From Chlorokybus atmophyticus (lineage: Eukaryota > Plantae > Mesostigma and Chlorokybus algae): DNA of 64,000 bases. The stretch is from contig RHPI01003488.1 in NCBI GenBank assembly GCA_009103225.1, positions 186,001 through 250,000 on the forward strand, read 5' to 3'. A model generated the notes under the pieces. The model ran no database searches, was not told the DNA's origin, and saw nothing but the letters and a program-made list of their open reading frames with translations. Of this stretch, positions 25,377 to 37,625 are shown in pieces (positions within the stretch are counted from its first letter, which is position 1; each line of letters opens with the position of its first letter). The translations under genes and the position numbers were made by a program.

Positions 25377-28300
25377 ATGGAGGCTACGCCTGGCCGGGAC
25401 AATCTGGACATGGACGACCTGCCGGAGTCATCAGACACAAGCTCAGACTCGGCAGCTGCGCAGTTGTCTGGGTACTTGGACACAGAGCCACTATTAGAAG
25501 TTGCTGACAGTCTAGAGGCACAACAGCAGGCTGCTCCATCCATAGCTTCTACTGCGGGATTGCCAGCACCAGTCTCCACAGCGCCACTCATGCCTGGAGG
25601 GACACCTCTGGAAGTACCACTTGTTGGCACAGTTGACCCTGCCACTTCTGCTCAGGTACTGGCAGTAGTCATTGGCTATCCTTGTCAGCTTGCAAAAGCT
25701 AGTTCAGTACTTGAACAACGAAGTGTACGAGTATGCTTGTCTGCTGGTTGCATACTGTTGTCAGGTGCTGGTGTTGGCACAGGGCAAGGGAGTGCAGAAG
25801 GTGTTGTCCGTGAGCGACTGCAAGCAGACACTCTGCGTGCCTTCTGCGTTTGCAAGGAGGTACCTGCCTTCTGTCCCAGTGGACGTGCCTGTGAAGGTGA
25901 CCTTGGTGGACGCTTCTGAAACAGGAGAGGTTTTCACTGTCACATACCTCTACCGCAGTCAAGCCTTTTCGCACATTTTTTCCACCGGCTGGCCACTGAT
26001 CTGTCGCAAGTTCTGCTTACAGCCTGGGGACTTGTTTGAACTGACACCACCGAACAGGTACATTCACTTGTGTGCATGGCTGTTGCACAGCTGGCATCAA
26101 CAGTGCTTATTTCAATATGTGAACTGCAGGGAGGGGCACATACCTATAAGGTTCTCAGCTGGGCCTGTTCGAGAAGTTCTGACTGCTGCTAAGGAAGGGC
26201 GAAGCACTCGTTCCAAGAACACCCCTCACCAGAGGTCCAGCAATATGCTTGGCCATTCACCAATCAGCGCTTCTGAAGCAGAGCCTGCAGCTCCGTTGCA
26301 CAACGGGACGGTGAGCGGCTGCAAGCTGGAGAACAGACACCCTACCACCACTTTGTGTTCACACCTCGTTTCATCACTTCTTTCATGCATGTGCAGGGGC
26401 CTGCTGCCGTAAAGCGCCTGACCCATCAAGACTGTGCGTCATCACTTGTGCTGCCAGTGTCATACGCCCGGTCACAGTTACCAGACGCTGAGGAGGACCA
26501 AGACCTGGTCGTTGCTGATGTTGCAAACAATGACCACCAGTGGACAGTGACATACTCCATGAAAGGGGCTCCAAACTTCTACTTGCTCGTGAGAGGTTGG
26601 CCAGATGTCGTCCAAGACTTGCAGATTCTGGCTGGTGACTTCATTGCGCTCTACCCCCTTGACAGGTGCGTGTTGCTGAGCAGGTTTAAAGAACTGCATG
26701 GCACTGTCACGGTGTATGTGCGCCGTTTCTTTAATGGTCTGCATTGCAGCAATGGACATGTTCCGATGGCGTTCATACGATCAAGTTCGGATGCACCCCG
26801 TGAAGGGGTGGCAGCAAGCAGCAAGTCAGCACAGGCCTCGCACAACACTATCGTGACCAACGGCAATCATGTGGAGGTAATGTAACTGTTGCATATGTTG
26901 TGGTTTGCTTAACGTGTCGCTGTGCAATCTACACACAGCAGCTACACATTGTACTCAATTGCTAGGTCACAGTGACGTTTGTCAATACATGCATCCGGCA
27001 CAAGCGCGTGTCGTCATGGGCGCTGCATGAATCCGCACTAAACAGTTGCGTCGGGTTTTGTCACAAGCACTGGTTCCATGGACGAATGGATTCAGCAAAG
27101 CTAGCAGGTCAAACCTGAGAGTTGCACATATATGTGCTAGTATAGATACCCTGTGCATAGCAGTTTGTTGTGCAACATGCTTTTGTACCACCCTACTAGC
27201 GGGCAGCTATCTGCCTGCTTGCAACAGACCTAGATAGCTGCAAGGGGTGCATGTGTTGGCTGCCCATTGTTGGCATCAATAAGATAAGCTATCAATCTGG
27301 ACTTGCAGGGAGGCGGAGAAGTTGTAAAGCAGCTGACCGCAAGTGACTGTCGAGTGTACCTGATCATGCCATCTGTGTACTCTCGCACATACCTACATCC
27401 ACCCGGCGAACTTGAGGCTCGACTGCTAGAGGTTGTTGACGTGGACAATCCGACTCAAACTTGGACTGTTCGATCTGTGCATAAACGCGTCGCCAACTTC
27501 TACTGTCTAACAAAAGGCTGGTTGAGCCTTGCGCGTGAGCAACGCCTTATCCCAGGCGACTATATCACCATCTTTCCACTCGACAGGTTGGTCAGTATGC
27601 ACTGCCCTTGCCTTGCTTCGCTCACAAACACGGCGCCGTTCTGCGTCATTGAGTCAGCTGTTGGCAGTCATTGCGCTTGCACCAACCATGTGCGGCTGTT
27701 AACTGTACAACCACACTTACCAAGTTGCTCATGCGTTTCCGCCTCCCTTTCCTTCCCACAGTCAGGGTCGCATCCCTATGCGGTTGGCAGGGACTGGCAG
27801 GGAGGACGCCGTAGCTGGAGAGCCCGAGGCTGGTGCTAACAAGTCGAGCGCGGCCGATTCCACTCGCAGGCGATGGGGCTCAGCCTTGCCCAAGCTGCAG
27901 TCTGCAATCTTCGACATCGCAGACAGGTGAAATTGCCCTCATACTCTTCTGCTCTGTTGTACAGCTTGTGGTTGACACGCAAGTCCAACAAGATTTGCCT
28001 TGTGGTGGTGAACAGGCTGCCAGAGTCAGCAGTGCGCAACCCAGCTGCTTCTGTTTGGATTGCCTTTGCCCGGCGGATACGAACAGCAAAAAGACCGAGC
28101 GCAGTTACGCGAGCGGCTGCTTGGCTTCAAAGTCAAATTGTCGATGACGTCTTGAATACTGTGTGGCTGGCAGAGCGGATGGAGTGGTAAGCACAGCTTG
28201 CCAATGTGAAGCATGATAACAGCGCACAAAAGTTAAGCTGTTTTCATGGAGTGGAATCGTGTTTCAACCATGGGACAGGACAGTGCAATGCAGAGCATGC

Positions 28301-31046
28301 AGAACTGTGCGCGACGCCAAAGACCTCGTAGCAAAACTGGAGGACGCCATCAACTGGGAGCTGATCCAGCCAGGTCCGGAGTCAGAAAGTGAACCAAGGA
28401 CAGCACAGGTACACTTTATGCAGAACAAAATATTGTGCAGCATGCGACACGCACGTGGACAGACGTATGCATCCTTGCTCTCACGCACGCACGCACGCAC
28501 GCACGCAATCACAATAGTCAATGAAGCTACTACGGGCAGGCAAACAGCAAGAAGTTGAGCAGGCTGCGGCGATTGGGAATACAGAAGGGCATTGGGCCGT
28601 CAAACAAGCGCGCACATGCTACGCAGCTGCGCAATTTGCCTCCTCTAACAGGCACAAGCGCACTGCCGCCAGATGTCACACTTCTTTTTCAGACCCAGTT
28701 GCTAGCTGCTGACTTAACGCCGGGCTGCACAGCAATTGAGGTATGACTCCGTAGCGTGCGTTGTTGACAGTGCAGGCAATTGACACACCTGTACTGCAGC
28801 TCCCGCGCGAGGACGTGTTGCAACACATCATGCCTGCGCTCACAAACCCCACAACAGATGGCGACCTTGTCTCATACAGCCTCTGCCTTGTGGACAGCGT
28901 CAGCAGTGCGGACATTGAGTTTCAGTTGACAGGCATCGCGGACCTGCACTCAGACATGTAAGTCCCATCGTCACTAAGTGGTGTTCTGGTATTGTACAAA
29001 CATGTCACAATGCATGCAGGCCGTACTCCCTCGGGAAAGGCTGGCAACAGTTCAACGCAACACATGACCTGCAGCCCGGAGACTTTCTTCAGTTCTGTCG
29101 CACACCGGCAGGTCACTTGATGCTCGCAACTCATCGTCAGCCTCAGGAGCAAACAACTACAGCAAGCGCTCCCGCAAGAGCACCGCCGGTAGTGGAGGCT
29201 ACATCCTTGGACGCCAGCAATTACAGAGGCATTGAGAGCAAAGTGGCCGGCAGGTGGCGAGCAGTTATAAGACATCGTGGAGCGTACGTTAAAGTTGGCA
29301 TATTTACCACGGCAGAGGCCGCAGCCCAAGCGTACGACAAACTGGCCATTCACATGTGCGGCGCTGGCGTCCCTTTGAACTTCCCCGCGGCAAACTACGA
29401 AGCTGAGTGGAACAGTTTGCTGTGCATGCCTTTCAATGAGCTGCTGGAAGCATTGCGGCAGGACTCAGTGGCACCATCAATGGCTGGCGTCAAACGGCCA
29501 CCACCAAGCAGCCAACCCGCCGAAGGCACGAAACGTCGCAGGGGCTGTGCTGGCGGCAGTTTAGACACTACCGCTGATGAGCACTACACGGACAAAGAGG
29601 AAAGGTTGAGACCGGTATACGAGGAAGAGTTGGCAAGGCCTTGCCATCATTGCTGGGAAGACAACGTTGAAGCCAGCTGCTCTCCTGAAGATTGCGGTTT
29701 CACGTACATCAAGGACCGGTTTCTCAGTGCTGCTGCACGGAGTGCAGTGGACGGACATAGCACGAATGCACACAGCTTGGATGTGCATGCGTCACCAAAC
29801 GACGATGATGACCTCGGATATCCATCGCACACAGTTATTGCATTTGATCGGCAGTGTGGCTGCAGTCCTGAGATACAGGTACGAGTGCAAAGCAAGTTGT
29901 ATGTCGCATAGGAAACTCACATACAATGTGCATTGCGGGTCCACTATGGTGCGCACAGCGCCTCTTCTGCTTGCTTACTGCTGGACAAACTTGTAGGATT
30001 TGGTACCGGGCGGGTACTCAGATGAGTGCGCTGGTCAGCGATATGCACGCATGTCAAGCATTCCGTTCCCAGTCAGAGTGTTCAGCAGCAGTGACGGTCG
30101 CACGCATGGCGTGCGCGCTATGACACACATACCAAAGGGGTCGATGGTAATGGAGTATGTCGGTGAGGTATGTGTTCAAGAGGTACACTTGCTCTGCAAC
30201 TGCCTTGTGCCACATAGCCGGGTGATTGTCCTGGACAGGGGCACTGCCAGATGCTGACTTGCAAGAGCACTGTAGCGTTGTTGCTTGTGACATGTACATC
30301 ACATGCATCTTATTGGCCTTTCAAGCCGCAGCCAGATTGTGATGCATGCAACACAAGATGAATACCTGATGCCTGCTGTCACATGCAAACGCTTAAACTG
30401 CCTTTGTGCCAGGTAATAATTCAGTCCGAGGCATGCGAGCGTGAGAAGGCCTATCTGGCGGAAGGTAGACAGAATTTTCTCTTGGAACTTTCCGAGTCTC
30501 AAGCTAGTGGCCGCCAATTCACCGTGGATGCGACCCATGTTGGGAACATTGCACGCATAGTGCGATCCTCGAGCGATGGTGGCAACCTCAAGGTAACACT
30601 CTGTTGCTGCACAGCCGGTTTTAAATATTAGGCACTACTGACATACCATGAATTGCGTATCTTGCTTCATTGCATAGGCGTACTATCATGCACTTCAGAC
30701 TTGGCACGTGCGGGGTAAGCAAGGCAAGAGGGCTGCATGTAGTTTGGGTCCATTGCGCAGCTGACTTCATATTGATGCTGTGACAACCGAATTGCTGATG
30801 CAAATCACAGCATCGACTTATGTCTTATTTGTTATCTGATTATGTTTGCAGACATACGAAGTCTGCAGTGCGGGTGGGTTGCCACACCTCATGTCTTTTG
30901 CAAGGGAAGACATCGCCCCGGGAGAGGAACTGATCAGCGACTACCACCTGGTTGGCAGTGAGGGTAGGGGAAGTGACAGGGGAGATGGCAGCGGTAGTCC
31001 TGTGTGCACGAGAACAGCACACAAACATTTGCTAGCACCACTATGA
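25377..31046 (+). CDS. Multidomain chromatin/transcription protein: B3-B3-B3-(WHIM3-like helical region)-B3-AP2-Cys-rich-SET(degenerate), ~1220 aa, 15 exons
   Basis: Exons 25377-25655, 25783-26057, 26130-26310, 26397-26665, 26750-26876, 27309-27586, 27762-27926, 28016-28186, 28279-28408, 28540-28740, 28776-28957, 29020-29878, 29997-30167, 30413-30592, 30852-31046 are all GT-AG and phase-compatible (3663 nt). Four B3 signatures (K.L..SD...L..P..Y....LP; GW......L..GD), AP2 (NYRGI...GRWRAVI...GIFTTAEAAAQAYD...LNFP) and SET (GVRA...IPKGSMVMEYVGE; VDATHVGNIAR; GEELISDY). Confidence 0.85.
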
Positions 31047-31517
31047 AGCGGTAAATGGGTTGAGTGTTCCCTGCGCTTCTGTTCTGTTGCAAGCAAGCCT
31101 ATCAACATAAGTTGGCAGGGAGCAGCATATGCTGATGTTTTAGGCAGCATTCACAGCACTTGCCTTCCTGCCTGTTGTGTGAGTGAGATGATGTACAACT
31201 GAGCGATTATCGCAAGCACTACGCAAAAGCCAGTGATGCGGCTCTTGGAGCCGTGCATCACAAGCCACATGCACAAACCGCACATGCATCAGTCTTGCAT
31301 ATGCATGTGCAACCGATGCACTTTGTGGCACTCACAGCATGTTTCTCGACGTCGCTATCGCCAGCAACACAATTAGCAAAGCACACGATACAGTAGGTTT
31401 GAACGGTGCACTCACAACCTATACAATATGTACCTCATGTTTGTTGCGACAATCTTGTTTTATTCAGGGCACACGAACTACTACTAAGTTTACAGACTGT
31501 GCGAAAGTACACTTCTC

Positions 31518-33711
31518 CTACGACTCCTCCGCCTCATCTGCATCCTTCAGCAGACGTGTTGCTTGCCGCGACACTTGGCCGACCACCACAAATGTCGCGC
31601 CCAAGCCCACCTGCCCAGTATGTCAGCACACGCACATGCACCCGCACCAAGGGCAACAACCTACCACATGACAGGCAGAATTGTAGACTATGAGTGACAG
31701 AGACGTGTTGACTTACCACTGTTAGCACAGTTTGCACTAGCGACTTGTCGCCAATGCCACCTATAGACCTGCGGCGTGCATTCATGTTGAAACTATGTAA
31801 GGGTAAAGGCGATATGTTGTTACCAGTTGTATTGAGTGCGTCGCAAGGTGTACCTTCCGGCGCCTCCAAGATACACATATGCGAATGTGGCAGGCAGCAT
31901 GCCAACCCAAGAAGCAGCAACATACTGGACGAGACCAACCTTTGTTAAACCAAACCTGCACAGGCAAGGTGAAGTGAGACGAGCCCAACGCAGAAAGCAA
32001 GCTGCCACAATGTTTACATGTAATTGGAAAGGCTGAATGGCAAAAGTGGCGATAGCCTTAGCAACAAAACAGCTTTCCACCCTTCATCAGCAATTGCTTT
32101 GTCCACCGCACGAAATCTGCCAGCCGGAAGTGTTATAGCTGCAACCACCGTTGAAACATACTCACATGCATGCTGTCAGCACCGATGGCCATGTTGACTA
32201 ACCTTCTGTTGCCTTCAATAAGTTGTGACAACTGCGGACGAGCAACATAACGCGAGATGATGAACGCCAAGGTTGCTGCATGATACACATGCGCGTGAGC
32301 ATACAAGTGGCCATGCGCATATTCTGCAACTGATCACATTTAGGGGATGTACTCAAGTGAGCTATGACAGTTGTTGGACACCTGTTGACTGTGAAACCAA
32401 ACCTTTTTAATGTATGGCGGACTCACTATGTCATACTCACCTGCAGTTGTTGATGATGCGGACACAACGGCTGTGCCAACAGCCGGTCCAAATATAAAAC
32501 CTGCCCAAATTGGTTAGACCTTTGAAAGCTTCTGTTTGCCTGCAACTCAACCACCAGCTTACCTGCGCCTATAGTCAATGGAGAGGCCGGTAGGAACAGT
32601 AGTGACAGTGCAATGTATGCAGCTGCGAAATACACGTAGCCCAATGGTCCGGCATCATCCACTACATGCTGTATCGACTGTGCATCGCATGCACAACCTC
32701 AGTACTTCAGGACAAAGCCAGTACATATTGCTGAGCACTTCACAAACGGCAACAACTAGAGCAGCGAACGTACCTTCAGCACATCAGAGGGATCTGGCAA
32801 GCCGTTTGTCGAGATGTACACGACTGCAAGTGTTGCCAGGGAGGCAAGAACGACTGCGCAGCACATGATATGATTGTACAAAGTGACACATTGAGGACGC
32901 TGCCAGCATGAAGCTGAATGCGGCACTGGATGCAGCACAACTCGCGCCCATGCAAGGTGTGCACTAAGTTACCAGCAGCAGCTATCAACTTGCTCCTGGG
33001 GCTTTGCACTGCAACGGCCTCCATTGTCGTCTCATCGTCCGAGGTCAATAGCGAACTTGCTGCACAAACGTAATTAGGTACATTGCACATGCGAAGTGGT
33101 TGTGCGGCACGGTCACCCTCAAGTGCATAGGCCAGTTACGCTGCCAAGAGAGAGAACGTGTTTGTACCTTCATCATCCTCAAGCTCCTCTGTAGCCATGC
33201 GATCGTTGCGCTTCCCTGCCCCCGCCAGTATGACACCGTCCAGGCGCTGCAGGTTCACGTTATGTGATGGTGAGAACAAGTGTCCTATCATGGACACAAA
33301 GACAATCAGCCCAAACCCAACGAGACAAACTGCTGCAGCGCAATGCAGTAGGCATTTACCATGTCCTTGGCACAGACTGGACGAACACTGCATGCCGCAG
33401 TGACTACGCTTGCGTGCATGCACCCAGCACAATGAGGCAAGCATGCAGCATGCTACTTCATGGGCGGTGACTGAGGTGTCAGGCACAGTGATGTTACCTG
33501 AGAGGAAGCAGCCGTCAGGGCCAGCAGGTGCAGCAGCAGCACCACCGAGCCGCCCAGAGCTGGAGACCGCAGCAGCTCCTCCTCCGGCTGCTGCGGCTGC
33601 TCCTACCCCTGGCCTGCGCAGGCGAGAGCGGCGACAGGCCGCCGCGGCCGTGCTCGCCGCCACGGGCACCACCATCCTCCCTGCCGCCGCCGGCGCCGCC
33701 AACACCAACAT
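31518..33711 (-). CDS. TVP38/TMEM64 (VTT / SNARE-associated) membrane protein with transit-peptide-like N-terminus
   Basis: LFLPASPLTIGAG-FIFGPAVG...-ATLAFIISRY...-RFRAVDKAIADEGWKAVLLLRLSPLLPFSLSNY-FGLTKV...YVAASWVGMLPATFAYVYLG; stop TAG at 31518. Confidence 0.92.
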
Positions 33712-34121
33712 CCGCGCCACGTCGACACGCGCACAGCGACCACTTCGGCAGGATCAGCTCAGTGGGCACAAGCTTGCTAACTCGACTGGCTTGCAAGTAG
33801 TAGCGTCAAGCTTCTTACGTCTTTGTTGTCAGCATCTGCAAGCTCAGTACGGTAGCGAAGCTGCGCACAACAAGCCTCACGCTTACGTTGAAGGCAAACT
33901 CCACACCTTTTGGTCAAGCTGACAGCAGGCTGAAAGCAGGCTAAACCCTGAGCTTGAGCTCTAGCTCTATTCTGTGCGCAGGGCAAGCTCAAGCCAGAAG
34001 GCCAGGAACCAGTGCAAAGTTTCCAGCATCTATAGCCAGGCTCAAAACTCGAGCTTCAGCCAAGGTCAAGCTCAAAAGTCAGCTTGCGCAGTGGCATAGC
34101 GTTTTTGCTTGGAGCAGCAGG

Positions 34122-35718
34122 ATGGCGGAGCGGCGGCGGGGGAGAGGGAGGCGGAGCCCGAGCCCGTCGCGGAGAAGGCCGGGAAAGGGGAGGAGCAGGA
34201 GCCTGAGCCCCAGCCCGCCCAGGCGAAGGGGCAGGAGCAGCGATAGGAGCAGGAGTCCCCCTGTTGGTCGGCGGCATGGCCGCAGGGACTCCCCATCGCC
34301 TGACAGAGGCGGCCGCAGGGAGGCGGCAAGGCGTGCCTCTCCTGAGCGACTGGTGAATGTCAGCACAGAGGATCTGTATGCCAGGGTCGCTGAGATTGAG
34401 CTGAGACAGAAGGTAAGCATGTGCTTATGTGTCGTTGCACAGTTGATATGCTTGCTTCGTTTGTGCAGCGGGATGCAAGCTGAATGAAAAAATGCATTTT
34501 TGTCTGTACATTTTGCACTCTACTGAAATTCACTCTGGTAAGTAACCTACAGTTGATGCTTATACGCACGCATTCTGTCGTCAATATCCAGTACTGCAAG
34601 AACTTGTAGATGCGTCGTTGCTGGCTGTGTTTGCGTGCTATCCAGCCAATGGTTGATACGGCTGGATAGCAAGGGATGATTTACATTGCAGTGCAGACCG
34701 GCTTAACTGCAACTAACATGATGCTTCTTGGAGTGTCAGCACTAGCCTGGTTGGCGTGTCGTGTACGTTGCAAAGGTCGCATGCTCAGTAGCAAGTGTGC
34801 GTGAATGTTGAATACAGCAGCGATATGCTGCAACGCTTGTTACTATAAGGTGAAAGGTGAAACGGCGTCAGTATTCCGTCATGTTGCAAACGGTTGCAGC
34901 AACCTTAAAGTCAACTGTGGGTATTTGTCGCACCAATGCAGCGAAACTCTGGCAGTGCTCGCATTTCACAGTTTTTGCATGCCGTTGTATAGTGTACTAT
35001 CAAACAGGCGTACCAGCAGCATAGCGAAGCGTCATCCTTGGAGGATAGCTTGCGGGCCGTGAATGCAAGCAACAACGTGTGCGTGCACTACTCCATTGCA
35101 TGCCTCCTTCATATCTCAAACCCACCTGCCTCTGTCGTAGGCACTCAAGAACATGCTGAAGCGATTGGGCGCGCCAGATGATGACGTCGCTCGACCATTG
35201 AGCCCGGTACAGCAGAACGGTGTGCACAGCAACCGAAGCCCCTTGGGTGAGGAGGCGGTAGCACAGGTGGAAGACAGCAACTTGAACAGTCGGGGCAACC
35301 CTGGCTCAGAGGAGGACACGCCGCTCTCATATGGCTTTGATTCCCCTCAACAAGACCCTGCTGAAGCAGCTGCTCTGAGAGGGGAAGATGTTGGTGATGA
35401 AAGGGACCAACCGCATGATGATGAGAGAGACGTGGCTGCTGAAAACCCAGAGGATGCTTCCAAACATGCACGTTCCAACAACATGCACAAGTCAAGTCAG
35501 GATGAGTTTGAACAGCGGACATTCGTTGCCACCAAGAATGGGGAGGAAGTCAAGGTAGGTTGTCGTGCATGAATGTTGACTGCCTTGGGTTGTTCCAATA
35601 CATTGCGCTGCTAGCTCTGGCTGTAAGCACTTACAGGCAACTGTTGCAGGTAAACTACACGGTACACATACCCGAGAGGGCAAGACAACGCGCACTGGCA
35701 CGAAAGCTCAAGAGATAG
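34122..35718 (+). CDS. Arg/Ser-rich (SR-like) protein of unknown function, 3 exons
   Basis: RSPSP/RSRS-rich exon 1 ending EIELRQK|GTAAGC; acidic exon 2 (35141-35554); exon 3 (35650-35718) VNYTVHIPERARQRALARKLKR*; phases all 0. Confidence 0.65.
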
Positions 35719-36575
35719 CTGCAGCAGCGTACAGCCATTTTTGTTTTCACAGATGTGGTTGTTTGCTCAAGTTTTGCCTAGCTGTTAGGCGACTTATAAG
35801 CTGTTGCGCCTCAATCAGCCGCTGTGATCAACATGCTGGCATAGTGTCCTCTCGCCTCTCTCGTGCAGTAGTACAGATGCCTCGCCCCATACCGGTGTGC
35901 GTTGTATGTAGCTATGTTCATCATCGACATTGCAATGCGTCAATGGCAATAACAGTATGCAGCATCTGCAAGTGAAGTGCACACACGCTTGCCACTCCAG
36001 CTCTCAGTACAGCGCGGCTGCACAATCCGGTCTTGCTGCTGCATGTTATCCATACCTAGAAGTCACTGCAATACATACTTATTCTGCACTAACATCGGTG
36101 CGCGCCGAACCAATGCATGAGAAGGTAGGCAGGCTGACTGCATACCATCCGCCATGCGCTTGGCAGTAACAGTGATACAAGACGCAAACGCACTCCTACA
36201 TCGCATTGTTTGTGCACATATGAGGCTTAAAATCTTTTCAACACAGGCAACACGTCCGCTACAGGGACTCGCATGATGTGGGCGTTTCAGTCCGGCGCAA
36301 CAACCACGGTCACACACCGCTACAGCCGGTCCGTGGCGTTGTCCCAGCATTGCCCGATTTTTGGCTCGTTTACCTATCCTACACATTGCACACAGCACGA
36401 CGTCTCACCTCCGTGTGCGCGCTTGCAAGGTGGCGCCCTGTGCATGCGATGGAACGGTCTGAGCCGAATGGCGGCGGTCTGCCGTGCCCAGGGCGAGGCC
36501 GTTTCGTTGCGGCTGCTGTAACTTAGTCGGAGAGTGAGCCAGGTCGGCTTGAGAGAAGGAGGTGCGGTGCCCTGC

Positions 36576-37625
36576 ATGCCGCAGCGCGTGGCGTGCGAGT
36601 ACTGCGGCAAGAGCTACCAGTACAGCTCGTGGGCGCGGAGGAGGCACGAGCGGGGACAACAGCACGCGAGACTCGTAAGAGAACACTACGCGCACTACCG
36701 AGGTATGGACAAGTTACTGTGTCAGTAGTCATTGTGGAACCAGATCTCTCCGTGTCTCCCTGTGCAGCATTCGTCGACTGCATGACTCAATAATAGGCCA
36801 AAGTATTGTGGACTGGCAACTCTAGGACCGGGCTCCGTCTTCCTGCGTGCATGAGATGATTACCTGCTGCTGGACTGAACCATCAGACTATGACTTGGCA
36901 GGCAGCGCTTGTTGCACGTCCGTTTCATCCCCCTCTCACAGTTGCCGTCAGTGTGTTTGCAAGCCAGTGTGATGTGCTATGGCAGTAGTAGGTAGCGGTT
37001 GTAGACCAGCTGAGTCCTTGGTGTATTTTCGCACGCGTACTGATGCGTGCCCAGGCAAGTGTTGTAGCTTGGGTTGGTTCAGTGGCAGACAGAGTCAGAA
37101 GCTTCTTTGTGTCCAGGGTTGGAAAGCTGGATTGGTGAAGTCAAGTCTTGCACCATCAAGGTACCCGCAATGCAACGTTGGCACCCGCAGATTGCCTTGA
37201 ACACCAACACATTACTGCAACACGTGCAGAAGGTAAACCGAAAGCGGCCGGCGGCGCCAAAGCAAGCTGATGCGAACGCTGCCGCAGGTGCGTCCATGGC
37301 ATGCATGTTGCTATTGCTGCTTACCATGCGCATGGATGTGTGCATCTGTCTCGTAATGCATGCTTGTGTGATGCTTGCAGTTTCATATCATCATACGGAT
37401 GTGAGTGGCGTCCGGCATATAGGACTGTCCGCCACGACTGAGTTGTCATCATCACAAAGCGCGCAAGGAGATGCAGCCACGGCAGCGTTGTCCGCGGTGC
37501 CAACTAGTTTCTTTAGTACTGTCACAAGTGCAAGCATAGGCTCCTTGCCGCCATCCCTGCTGCCAACCTCTCCACATACAGAGAATGTTGGGGGACATGG
37601 TGGTGTGGGGCTGGTAGCTCACTAG
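36576..37625 (+). CDS. U1-type (matrin) zinc-finger protein, possibly ZMAT5 / U11-U12 20K-like; middle of gene model unresolved
   Basis: MPQRVACEYCGKSYQYSSWARRRHERGQQH fits the C-x2-C-x12-H-x5-H zf-U1 pattern; the last exon contains GSLPPSLLP. I could not find a clean phase-1 to phase-0 internal exon. Confidence 0.5.

Noticed and set aside
35900-36540. Possible additional minus-strand gene or uORF upstream of the zinc-finger gene
   Set aside because: A good donor (CACGGAG|GTGAGA) exists, but no consistent ORF or homology could be established.
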